DNA of 64,000 nucleotides from an uncultured Tenacibaculum sp. (GTDB lineage Bacteria; Bacteroidota; Bacteroidia; Flavobacteriales; Flavobacteriaceae): NCBI GenBank assembly GCA_947496185.1, contig CANMCD010000009.1, positions 88,115 to 152,114 of the forward strand, read 5' to 3'. Shown piece by piece: positions 10,440 to 19,661 of this stretch (position 1 is its first letter; each line of letters starts with the position of its first letter). The notes under the pieces were generated by a model. It saw only the letters and a program-made list of their open reading frames with translations, ran no database searches and was not told where the DNA came from. The position numbers and the translations under genes were made by a program.

Positions 10440-11837
10440 TTAATTGCTTACAGTCTTTGGGGTTTTCTGAGTTAATACTGATGAACTGGCTAACTGTTTT
10501 AATTCTTTAATGCATAGCACTACTGTCACCAAAACTACAATGATATCGATACCAGAGTTTGCATAATAGATACCAGCAACACCAATGTATCTTGAAAGGA
10601 TTAATACCAACGGTACAAATAAGATTAGCTGTCTTGCTAATGTCAAAACACTAGCGATACCACTTTTATTTATTGCTGGAAAAAATGACAGTGCCATAAA
10701 CACAAACGACAAGAATGGTGCAATCGCAATATATATTCTAAACATAAAAATATCTTGTACATTAAATACCATATCAGGTAACATCATTTTCAATGATTGT
10801 TCTGGAAAGATCAAAAGCGCTAGGGTAAATGGAACAAGCATAAGAAAACCAGTCCATGAAAACTTCCAAAAAGACGCTGAGACCCTATCGTTATTTTGTG
10901 CTCCAAAGTTTATACCTATTGCTGGTTGTAAAGCTCTCATTAGACCAAAAAAAGGCGTGAGCATAAAAAAATAAATTCTGTTTGCTGCTGCGTAGAAAGC
11001 TAAATCTTTATCAGTACCATAATTTGAAATGGCATTAAAAACAATAACAGACTGTACCAGCATCATGATTGTCATAATCATCGCTGGCATCCCAGATTGG
11101 AGTATTTTTTTTCCTAACTCTTTATCATATTTTATACTGGTTACATCTGCTTTAAACGACGCTTTTCCTTTTTTAAAATACATAAAACCTACAACCGCAT
11201 ACACCAACATACCTATGTTTGTAGCCCATGCTGCACCTGCTACTCCCCACGCAAATACATTTATAAAGATTGGATTCAAAATGATGTTTACTACAAGCCC
11301 GAAAAGCATCATAAAAGCAGCTTGCTTCATTCGTCCTTCTCCTCGAACAACAAAATTCAACAACAATGCATATACCGCAAAGAAAGTTCCAAATAATGTC
11401 ACGCTAAAATAGCTAGTTCCCAATGCTAATATCTGTCCTTCTCCTCCCATTATTTTAATTAAGTACTCCGCTGCAAAATAGGCTGGAATTCCAAAAACTA
11501 ATGACATAATCAATGACAGCACGAATCCTGTACCTAAAAGTTTTTTTTGAGTTGATTCATCGTCTGCACCTAAAGATATACTTAACAAGTTTGCAGCTCC
11601 TGTACCCACCCACGATCCTAAACCTAGCATTAAACCGGTTAAGGGATATGCCAACGCTACCCCTGAAAGTGCATGCTCTCCTAATAAATGCCCCACAAAA
11701 ATGGAGTCCAAGAATGTATTCAGCCCAAAAAACACCATTGCCAAAATTGCAGGCCACGATAATCGCCACATCATTCCTGATATTGGGTCTTTTAAAATCA
11801 TCTTTTTCTGTGAATCTGATATTAAATTTGCGCTCAT
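10440..11837 (-). CDS. MATE family efflux transporter
   Basis: About 12 hydrophobic segments; WPAILAM, LDSIFVG, RGEG, NIILNPIFI, GVAGAAWAT, INFGA motifs. Confidence 0.92.
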   Translation of the reverse strand: MSANLISDSQKKMILKDPISGMMWRLSWPAILAMVFFGLNTFLDSIFVGHLLGEHALSGVALAYPLTGLMLGLGSWVGTGAANLLSISLGADDESTQKKLLGTGFVLSLIMSLVFGIPAYFAAEYLIKIMGGEGQILALGTSYFSVTLFGTFFAVYALLLNFVVRGEGRMKQAAFMMLFGLVVNIILNPIFINVFAWGVAGAAWATNIGMLVYAVVGFMYFKKGKASFKADVTSIKYDKELGKKILQSGMPAMIMTIMMLVQSVIVFNAISNYGTDKDLAFYAAANRIYFFMLTPFFGLMRALQPAIGINFGAQNNDRVSASFWKFSWTGFLMLVPFTLALLIFPEQSLKMMLPDMVFNVQDIFMFRIYIAIAPFLSFVFMALSFFPAINKSGIASVLTLARQLILFVPLVLILSRYIGVAGIYYANSGIDIIVVLVTVVLCIKELKQLASSSVLTQKTPKTVSN

Positions 11838-12051
11838 AGTTATGGTTATTGAGTAGTTAATCTATCATTGATAGCTAGCTCATGGTATTAAATTATACAC
11901 AATACTTTTGTTGTCTACACCTAATTCTTAAGGTCTTATTTTTTAAAAAAATAATTATCACTAAGCTCTATTGTTATCAAAAAAAGCAAGGCTTAAAAAA
12001 TTATTTATTAACCTGTAAGAACCTTGCCTTCTTTTCTAACAACTAATAATT

Positions 12052-13335
12052 TTATTTACGTTTAACTATTACAATAGCTCCAGCAGCACTTATTGTTTTC
12101 TTAGTTTCCAAACTGCTATTGTTTACCTCTAAAACGTAGTTCTCTGTTTTATTTTCAATTGGGATATATACCTTACCGTTTTCAATATGTGTAATGGCAC
12201 TATTAGATCCCTTTGTATATGCTTCACTTACTTTTTTGGCGGTTTTAGATGCCAAATTAAACTTATACCATTGTGAAATTGGATCTACATAAAAAGACCA
12301 ATCGTTTTTAGGATCAATTTTGGCTACATCTATTGAAGTAGCGTAGAATTCTCCATTACCTACATATTCAAAATTCACTACTGGGTTTCCTAAACCTCTA
12401 CTCACAGTTTCTAAATCAAAATAATAATCTGGATCAAACTCCATTTGTCCGTTCTTAATTCTTAATACACATGATGGTTTACCTGTTGTAGCGCGATGAA
12501 TTCCCCACATATTATGGCATAGAATATAAATATCTCCTTTTTCATCTTTAATCATAAACTTCGCTCCATGGCCTGAATTAAATGAACCTGGTCCAACACC
12601 TCTTGTATCGGTTATCCATTTAACAATTGCCCCTGCATTACTAACATTGTTCGAGTCTACTTTTCTTAAATCCACAACTAAAATATCAGCTGTTTTTATT
12701 GACGGTTCGTACGTATTTGGATCTTTCATATGCATAAAACTTACATACATATAGTTGCCATTAATCAGCATTTCTGTAGGTACTGTCGTATTAATTTTAT
12801 CACCTTTGATTGGAAAGTTGGTTACTGTTCCTTTTTTAGATACCGATGAGAAATCAATAGCCCCTATTTTTTGCATGGTAGTCGGATTAAAAATGATAAT
12901 TTTAGAAGACGAAACACCCCCTACAAAAGCGGTACTTTTATCTTTAAAACAAACATTTCCAGAATAACCTAGTTCGGTTAAATTTATCGTTCCTTGTTTT
13001 TTATATTCTCCATTACTATCTGGCAACCATTTAGTAATCTCTTTCTTATTTGCATAGGCACTTAAATATAATGCTCCTTCGTAAAAAGAAATACCTGCTG
13101 CATCAGATGATAAAACCTCTGTCGCCCCTGTATTGTCATACGTTTTATTTCCAGATACTTCTTTAATATTCTGAGCATAAAAATTAAATGCTTGCCCGTT
13201 TTGAACCCTTGTAACTAAACTATACTTAGCTTCTTCTGGTGGTTTTACTACAGGATTATCATCATCATTACTACAAGACTGAAATAGGACTACTGTTATA
13301 ATGCTTGTTATTAAGTTAATTGTTCTTTTCTTCAT
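12052..13335 (-). CDS. Surface lipoprotein, DUF4374-like (TonB receptor partner)
   Basis: Lipobox FQSC followed by acidic SNDDDN export-like signal; DEKGDIY, LRIKNG..FDPDYYFDL segments typical of DUF4374 proteins (recalled, not searched); 20 bp downstream of TBDR. Confidence 0.65.
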   Translation of the reverse strand: MKKRTINLITSIITVVLFQSCSNDDDNPVVKPPEEAKYSLVTRVQNGQAFNFYAQNIKEVSGNKTYDNTGATEVLSSDAAGISFYEGALYLSAYANKKEITKWLPDSNGEYKKQGTINLTELGYSGNVCFKDKSTAFVGGVSSSKIIIFNPTTMQKIGAIDFSSVSKKGTVTNFPIKGDKINTTVPTEMLINGNYMYVSFMHMKDPNTYEPSIKTADILVVDLRKVDSNNVSNAGAIVKWITDTRGVGPGSFNSGHGAKFMIKDEKGDIYILCHNMWGIHRATTGKPSCVLRIKNGQMEFDPDYYFDLETVSRGLGNPVVNFEYVGNGEFYATSIDVAKIDPKNDWSFYVDPISQWYKFNLASKTAKKVSEAYTKGSNSAITHIENGKVYIPIENKTENYVLEVNNSSLETKKTISAAGAIVIVKRK

Positions 13336-13354
13336 TTGTTATATATTAAAACCT

Positions 13355-15706
13355 CTAATTGAGGTACATACTTAATCTTACATAAAAGCTTCGCCCTGCC
13401 TTTTGCACTCTAAAATTATCATAAGCTAGTGCATCCGTCAGGTTTCTACACTCCAAACTAAGTGCATATTTATTTTCAGAAATAGCATAGTTCAATGCCA
13501 AATCATGTAGAAACTGCGTTGGTACAAATGCCTTTGTAGCACTCAAGCCATCTACCTCCCATGAAGGATAAAACTTATGAACATAATTATTCTGATAACT
13601 AATTGTGAAATCTGATTTTTCTCTCAGAAAATCTGGAAACATATAAGAAGCACCAAAGTTGGCAAAAAAGTAAGGGATGTTCGGTATTCGTTGCCCTACA
13701 TATCTAGCATCAATTTTACCGAATGCATCGGTATCTGTTAAGATATTCTTCTGATAGGTTATATTACCGTTTATAGAAAGGTTTTCAATAGGCATCGCTG
13801 TGATAGACAATTCCCCTCCTTGAACATCACTTCCTAGTAAATTAACATATGCTGACCTGCCTGGTGGCATTGCAGCTAAAAATATCATGTTTGCTGTTTT
13901 CCTGTAAAAACCTCCTACGTTAATTTCATAATGTTGTCCATTGTAGCGTAGACCTAGATTCACATTATGGCTTTCTTCAAGGTCAAGATTACCATTTGCT
14001 GCGATACGACTTACATCTCCAAATACTTCTTCTCTATCTGGCATTCGTACTGCAAATTCGTATCCTAGATATGTTGAAAATGAATTTAAAAAACTATATT
14101 TAAGAACGTTACCGTACCCAAACATGGAACGTGTATTATTAATTACTTCATCAAAACTTCCATTTACCTGAAATGTTACTGCACGACTATTATTGTAAAA
14201 GTGCTTAACAGAGAGTATATTCGTCAAACGCTTGTTTAAAAAATCACTTTCTAAGGAAAGTCCTAAAAAGTTTTTTGTCAATTTCTGCGGACGTTCATAT
14301 ATGTCTTCTAAAAAAGTAGCTGTTCCTGCTTTATCTTCTCCTTGAATCCTTTCATAGGAAGTTAACGAAGTAAAATTCAACCTGTGATTATCCACTAACT
14401 TATAACCTATGTTTGTTCTAAGAAAGATGCTATTTGTAGTTGTAATCGGCGTTTGTCCTTCTACAAAATAACCACTTTCTCCTTTGGTAGATCTTGGGAA
14501 GGTAGTTTTGTCCCATAAATAGGATTTTGAAGCAATATCTACAAAAGACCTTTTGATGTTATTAAACCCCGTCAAAGCAGCAAAAGTCCATCTTTTATTG
14601 TTACTTTTTTTACGCCACGAAATAACATTGTTTATATCTTGGTCTTCTCCATATGCCTCTCCCCATGGAATTTCAGCTGACCAAATACGATGCTGATATT
14701 CCTTATTTATTTTTGAAACAGATAGTATATACTTAAATTCATCTGCCCAAGACACCTTTTGAACACCATACTGTATGCGTCCCATATAAGAAGTATAGGC
14801 ATCATTAAATCTTCTTGCTTTTCCTTTTTTTGTATTCCCTAAATCATCTGCAATCACCTCTACATCATGCATCCAATAATCATTGTTTGCGTGATTAAAG
14901 GCTCCTTCAATCTGCACAAATTGCGTATGCTGCTTATCTAGGTATTGTTTTAATCCAACTGTAGCGAGTTGTGTATTCCAAGACCCCGTTGTGTATGAGA
15001 TGTCTAAATAGTTTGTGTATTTATTTTTAGTACTTATGTTAATAATACCTCCTAAAGCATCCGTACCAAATGTAACAGGTACCACACCTTTATAAACCTC
15101 TAATCTGTCAATAATATTTTGGGATATATTGGCTAACTGAAATCCGTTGCCCAATAGATCAACTGGAATGCCATCTACAAATGTTCGAACTCCCTTACCC
15201 GAAATTCCATTCAACATAATAGTAGCATTACTCCCTAAACCTCCTGTTCTTCTAACTACTGCCCCAGAAACCCTTCCTATTAAATCTATCACTGGTGCAG
15301 ATTTAATTTTCACACTTCCTAAACTTACCACAGCTGGTTTGTATACGGTTTCTCTTATTTTTTGAGAAGTACTTTTAGCCTTCACTGTAACTTCGTCTAA
15401 ATTATTACTAGACTCTTGTAATACCCCAATAACTTGCACATGCTGCCCATTAACAACTACTTTCTTTTCAAGATTTTTAAATCCTAAACTTGTAAATACG
15501 AGCATATGCGTTCCGTTGAAAACATCCTTAATCACAAATTCTCCTGACTCATTCGTCAACGTTCCTAAAGAAGTTCCTTTCAACACAACAGTCACGAAAG
15601 GTAGCGCCTCTCCATTTTCGGATTGTACCTTTCCTGTCACCCTATACTGCGCATATACTCTGGAAAGACAAAGTATACATACTACAAGAAAAATCTTTCT
15701 AAGCAT
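13355..15706 (-). CDS. TonB-dependent outer membrane receptor
   Basis: Signal peptide, N-terminal CarboxypepD_reg-like domain (VTVVLKGTSLGTLTNESGEF), plug motifs RRTGGLGS, VDGIP, GTDALGGIINI, C-terminal NLTD...GRSFYVRLSMYLN. Confidence 0.93.
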   Translation of the reverse strand: MLRKIFLVVCILCLSRVYAQYRVTGKVQSENGEALPFVTVVLKGTSLGTLTNESGEFVIKDVFNGTHMLVFTSLGFKNLEKKVVVNGQHVQVIGVLQESSNNLDEVTVKAKSTSQKIRETVYKPAVVSLGSVKIKSAPVIDLIGRVSGAVVRRTGGLGSNATIMLNGISGKGVRTFVDGIPVDLLGNGFQLANISQNIIDRLEVYKGVVPVTFGTDALGGIINISTKNKYTNYLDISYTTGSWNTQLATVGLKQYLDKQHTQFVQIEGAFNHANNDYWMHDVEVIADDLGNTKKGKARRFNDAYTSYMGRIQYGVQKVSWADEFKYILSVSKINKEYQHRIWSAEIPWGEAYGEDQDINNVISWRKKSNNKRWTFAALTGFNNIKRSFVDIASKSYLWDKTTFPRSTKGESGYFVEGQTPITTTNSIFLRTNIGYKLVDNHRLNFTSLTSYERIQGEDKAGTATFLEDIYERPQKLTKNFLGLSLESDFLNKRLTNILSVKHFYNNSRAVTFQVNGSFDEVINNTRSMFGYGNVLKYSFLNSFSTYLGYEFAVRMPDREEVFGDVSRIAANGNLDLEESHNVNLGLRYNGQHYEINVGGFYRKTANMIFLAAMPPGRSAYVNLLGSDVQGGELSITAMPIENLSINGNITYQKNILTDTDAFGKIDARYVGQRIPNIPYFFANFGASYMFPDFLREKSDFTISYQNNYVHKFYPSWEVDGLSATKAFVPTQFLHDLALNYAISENKYALSLECRNLTDALAYDNFRVQKAGRSFYVRLSMYLN

Positions 15707-15827
15707 AGGAATTATTTTTAACTTTATTACTCATTATTATTCAGTGCAAATAGCTATAATAGCTATAAATCCCCATTTTTTATTGCAACTTGTTTGCATA
15801 ATTAAGTTTAAAATGGCTAACTTTATC

Positions 15828-15903
15828 TACGCGAAAAGAAAAAAAAGGTACGCGAAAAGAAAAAAAAGGTACGCGAAAAGAAAAAAAAGGTACGCGAAAA
15901 GAA
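15828..15903 (+). repeat. Perfect 21-bp tandem repeat TACGCGAAAAGAAAAAAAAGG x3.6
   Basis: Units at 15828, 15849, 15870, partial at 15891; ends 5 bp before AraC ATG (15909). Confidence 0.97.
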
Positions 15904-15908
15904 TTTAT

Positions 15909-16904
15909 ATGGGGTTCAAAATTTATGATACAGAAGTAAGCGAGATACTTTATAACGCTCAAAATACAACCTATAAAACTGATTTAATAGGGAATACTGA
16001 ATTTAAAAGTAACTTTAAACATAAAAACTTTAATGGCTCTTTTAAAGAAATTAGATTACAAAATTTTAGAATTAGCTATAGTAATAGTAATTTTTCTAAA
16101 ACTACAGATTTGCTGTTCGATTTTGGAGGAGAATCCGTAGAAATGCACTTCACGTTAAAAGGAAATAGCAAGTGTAAGATTAAAAATACAAATATTGACT
16201 TTGAATACACAAACAACTTTCATAACATTTTGTACAGTAGCTCTATACGAGGTGAAATTACCTTTTCTTCACCACATGTTTCTTTTCTTGAAATAAATCT
16301 ACATCCGCATTTTTTTGAGAAATATTTACCCAATGAAGAGCTATTCGCACAATTTAAAGAACTTATACAGCATAAAAAAACGAGTTTTCTTGGAGGGCAC
16401 AACTTTCCTATTACTGCTGAAATGATGAATATCATCCAACAAATCATCACGTGTAAATGGGAAGATAACTATAGGTCTTTATTTTTAGAAGCAAAAGTAT
16501 TAGAACTTTTACTATTGCAATTAGATCAAATTTCTTCATACGATATAAGCTTAAGCTACAAAAAGACGAGTTCTGAAGAAATCATTAATAAAATGATGCT
16601 AGTTCAAGAAATCATCCTTAACAAATTGGATGAAAACCTCCTCTTGTCAGATTTAGCTAAAATTGTATACACCAATACGTCTACACTTAAAAAAGAATTT
16701 AAAAAACTTCATGGAATAACGGTAGGTAAATACATTACTGAGAAAAAAATGAATAAAGCCAAAGAGCTTTTGATAAAAAAAGGACTTTCCATTCGAGATG
16801 TATCTGAAGCAATAGGGTATAAAAATCCGCAGCATTTTTCAACAGCGTTTAAAAGAGAATTTGGTTTTAGTCCTAGTATGTTAAAACAAAAGGTTATTAC
16901 CTAG
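15909..16904 (+). CDS. AraC family transcriptional regulator (PchR/YbtA-like)
   Basis: Likely start MGFKIY at 15909 within ORF 15516-16904; FLEAKVLELL, double HTH LSDLAKIVYTNTSTLKKEFK...VSEAIGYKNPQHFSTAFKREFGFSP; divergent from TBDR. Confidence 0.88.
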   Translation: MGFKIYDTEVSEILYNAQNTTYKTDLIGNTEFKSNFKHKNFNGSFKEIRLQNFRISYSNSNFSKTTDLLFDFGGESVEMHFTLKGNSKCKIKNTNIDFEYTNNFHNILYSSSIRGEITFSSPHVSFLEINLHPHFFEKYLPNEELFAQFKELIQHKKTSFLGGHNFPITAEMMNIIQQIITCKWEDNYRSLFLEAKVLELLLLQLDQISSYDISLSYKKTSSEEIINKMMLVQEIILNKLDENLLLSDLAKIVYTNTSTLKKEFKKLHGITVGKYITEKKMNKAKELLIKKGLSIRDVSEAIGYKNPQHFSTAFKREFGFSPSMLKQKVIT

Positions 16905-16910
16905 TAGTAA

Positions 16911-16954
16911 ACTAGCATACCTTTCATTTATTAAAAATTAAAACGTATGCTAGT
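16911..16954. terminator. Inverted repeat between convergent AraC and DinB genes
   Basis: ACTAGCATAC ... GTATGCTAGT. Confidence 0.5.
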
Positions 16955-17056
16955 ATTGGAAAAATGTAAACAGCTTTTCAGTATAACATTTAGTCATACT
17001 ATCTATGTTAGTATTAAACCTAAGTAATTTTATACCTTTTGTAATTACAATTGGTA

Positions 17057-17512
17057 TTAGACTAATTTTCGTAATGCCATAATCACTCCTATGTGTATTC
17101 CTTCGTGTAGGTTATTAAAGCATACTGCTCGTTCAAAACTATTCAAAACATAACCTGTACTTGTTTTGTATGAAATATACTCTTTAAAAACTCCTGCTTC
17201 GAAATCCTCCTTAAGCGTATCTGGTAATCCAAGTAACAAATCCAATACTTCTTCCCAAGCCTCGTCTTCAAAAACCTCTGTAGGTTTTGTACCTTTTCGA
17301 TACTTATCAATCAAATCGTCGGGTACCAAACACGATAATCCTGACAACTTATAATGGAGTAATTGTTGTGTAACCACTAAATGTGCCACATTCCATGCTA
17401 TGTTGTTATTGTATCCCTCAGGTATTTTGTGTAATTGTTCTTTTGTTAATCCTTGAATCAAGTGTATAACTAATTCTCTTGATTTTTTTAAAACCTCAAA
17501 TTGTGTATTCAT
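17057..17512 (-). CDS. DinB family protein
   Basis: NNNIAWNVAHL and HEGIHIG His motifs. Confidence 0.85.
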   Translation of the reverse strand: MNTQFEVLKKSRELVIHLIQGLTKEQLHKIPEGYNNNIAWNVAHLVVTQQLLHYKLSGLSCLVPDDLIDKYRKGTKPTEVFEDEAWEEVLDLLLGLPDTLKEDFEAGVFKEYISYKTSTGYVLNSFERAVCFNNLHEGIHIGVIMALRKLV

Positions 17513-17725
17513 TTTTCTATGTTATTTTAGCTCAAATATATTTATACCCGTTGTAATATGAAATTACTGTAGAAAAAAAACGAGTTTTTTCTTTATATAA
17601 AGAAGAAAACGAAAGTATCCCCTTAACTACGGTTTCTTTTTGTACTGAAATACAAAGGTAAAAAAGGAATTTTATTATGTTGATTTCTATTCATAAGTGG
17701 TATTATTTTTAAATGTTTTTATAAA

Positions 17726-18076
17726 ATGAAGAAAGTTTATTTTTTACAAACTTGTGATACTTGCAGGAAAATTCTAAAAAGTCTTAACCTTGAAGGTTTT
17801 GAAAAACAAGAAATAAAAACCAACCCTTTAACAGTTAATCAATTAGACGAAATGTATCGATTAACTCAAAGCTACGAAGCTTTATTCAATAAAAGAGCGA
17901 AGCTTTATCGAGAAATGGACCTAAAAAATCAAACACTAACTGAAACCGATTATAGACAATACATTCTTAAAGAATACACGTTTCTGAAACGCCCTGTCTT
18001 TATCATTGATAACACTATTTTTATCGGAAATAGCAAAAAAGTAATCGACCAATTAAGAAGTGTTATAACTCCATAA
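17726..18076 (+). CDS. ArsC/Spx family protein
   Basis: TCDTCRK, ALFNKRA, LKRPV motifs. Confidence 0.88.
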   Translation: MKKVYFLQTCDTCRKILKSLNLEGFEKQEIKTNPLTVNQLDEMYRLTQSYEALFNKRAKLYREMDLKNQTLTETDYRQYILKEYTFLKRPVFIIDNTIFIGNSKKVIDQLRSVITP

Positions 18077-18184
18077 AAACAACGGTAAGATATTTCACCT
18101 TTTTATTGTAAGCTACTCATCTAGAAAAACAATCAATTGAACGATTTAGTTCAAAACTAACTCCTTTTACTTCGTAACTTGCTA

Positions 18185-18275
18185 TCAAATCCCCTGAAAT
18201 AATAGATTTCCCCTTTTAAAAAGAACATCTTTAAATTTCGCTTCCCCTTGGCCAAATTTTGAAGATGTTTTTTTA
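18185..18275 (+). ncRNA. Candidate small RNA or structured leader with C-rich loops
   Basis: Short hairpin 18187-18209, long imperfect hairpin 18218-18274 ending in a T-run; promoter-like TAACTTG at 18175-18181; no ORF. Confidence 0.25.
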
Positions 18276-18384
18276 TTTCTCTGCATAAAAAACATACACC
18301 ACCAACATTTTAACACACTAAAGCATTGATTTACAAAATATAAACTTTACTTTTACAACCACTTTAATTTAAACCCCTTAAATT

Positions 18385-18864
18385 ATGAAAAATCTAATCT
18401 TAATTTTATCATTGGCATTTCTGTCTTTTTCATGTACAAAAAACGATGAAACCTCACCTAGCAAAGAGGATTTACTAGGCACCTGGAGTTTAAAATCAGT
18501 CACTATCGTTCCTAACGAAGGTGAGAATACTGAAATAACCAATGAAGCGACCTTTAACTTGACCCTTAAAGAAGATGAAAATTTAGACTTCGATGCACAA
18601 GTTGATGTTAACAATTCTGAAGTGATTGTTAAAGCTTCCACAGACTTTCTAAATGAAAGTATTAAAAACTGGAAAATGGAAGAAGATAAAGTATATTTAA
18701 CTGGAAATCTAGGTATTAAAATACTAGTCGCTTCAACAGAAAATGCGGCTGAAGGAAAAATCACTTTTGAATTAGAAAGTGAACTAGTAAGTACTATTAT
18801 AAGCCAAGTTCCTGAAGTAGATAGCGCAAAAAATATCCTTTTTACTTTTGAAAAGAATAAGTAA
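18385..18864 (+). CDS. Lipoprotein, lipocalin-like domain
   Basis: Lipobox FSC, then EDLLGTWSLKSV (G-x-W lipocalin-like start). Confidence 0.65.
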   Translation: MKNLILILSLAFLSFSCTKNDETSPSKEDLLGTWSLKSVTIVPNEGENTEITNEATFNLTLKEDENLDFDAQVDVNNSEVIVKASTDFLNESIKNWKMEEDKVYLTGNLGIKILVASTENAAEGKITFELESELVSTIISQVPEVDSAKNILFTFEKNK

Positions 18865-18890
18865 TATTATTTATAAAAACAATTTTAGGA

Positions 18891-18927
18891 AGTCGTCTAA
18901 AAAGTAATTTTTAGACGATTTTCTTTT
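18891..18927 (+). terminator. Intrinsic terminator
   Basis: TCGTCTAAAAA-GTAA-TTTTTAGACGA followed by TTTTCTTTT. Confidence 0.7.
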
Positions 18928-18956
18928 GGATAAGTTTTTGATACGTATTTTTAACA

Positions 18957-18977
18957 TTGAACTCATCTTGACTTTTT
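18957..18977 (+). repeat. Dispersed repeat copy TTGAACTCATCTTGACTTTTT
   Basis: Identical 21-mer at 36678-36698. Confidence 0.85.
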
Positions 18978-19142
18978 CTATATACATAAAAAAACAGCGT
19001 CAAAAACTATCACTCTGGGTATTCACTATTAGCCAAACACCACCACTAAAAACCTATAAGAAAGCAAAATAAATTATTTTTTTCATTCTTTGTTTATTAA
19101 ATTTGCTTACCAACAACAGCCAAAATTGAAAACTATCTCTTT

Positions 19143-19661
19143 ATGAAAACTAAAATTAACTACTTTGTTTATTCATTGACTTTTGTATTATTTTCATTTA
19201 TTTCTTGTCAAGAAAATACCTCCAAAGAACTAACCAATAAGAATACTTTAGATAAAAAAGCATTAGCCCATATAATAAAAGAAATGAAGATTAAGGCTGA
19301 TTTGAGTGGAAAAATTGTAGAATTTTCCCTAGAATATCTAAAAGAAAACACCCCTGAAAAGCACATCAAGCTGAAGAAAAACACCGATGATATAATTGCT
19401 TTTGCAAGTGCTGCAAAAGATTATAAATATGTTGGTAATAGCTATATGGTCTATTGTTCTTACACAGACGGAACAGTAACTACTACAAATTGCGGGGGTG
19501 ATGCTGGTTGTGCTGGTGCTGCCACTTGGGATTGTCTTGATAGTGGTGGATGTGCTAGTATTTGCGGTCAAACAAAAATAACATATCATCCTCTCGTAAT
19601 AGATTTATACAAAAGAGAGAAGACTGTTACCTCACTATTAAATAAGATTCGCACAATGTGA
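19143..19661 (+). CDS. Lipoprotein with a 6-Cys domain
   Basis: Lipobox FISC; YMVYCS...TNC...GC...DC...GGC...IC...YHP; TAAATTTG promoter at 19098-19105. Confidence 0.75.
   Translation: MKTKINYFVYSLTFVLFSFISCQENTSKELTNKNTLDKKALAHIIKEMKIKADLSGKIVEFSLEYLKENTPEKHIKLKKNTDDIIAFASAAKDYKYVGNSYMVYCSYTDGTVTTTNCGGDAGCAGAATWDCLDSGGCASICGQTKITYHPLVIDLYKREKTVTSLLNKIRTM

Noticed and set aside
15722-15752. Fur-box-like AT-rich sequence upstream of the TBDR
   Set aside because: Only about 11/19 matches to the E. coli consensus, which is uninformative in DNA this AT-rich
15828-15903. 21-bp repeats as a CRISPR array
   Set aside because: Units are contiguous with no spacers, not palindromic, and no cas genes are present
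15516-15908. Long N-terminal extension of the AraC ORF from 15516, and reverse ORF 15780-15962
   Set aside because: 15516-15706 overlaps the TBDR gene on the opposite strand; the reverse ORF is only a translation of the repeat
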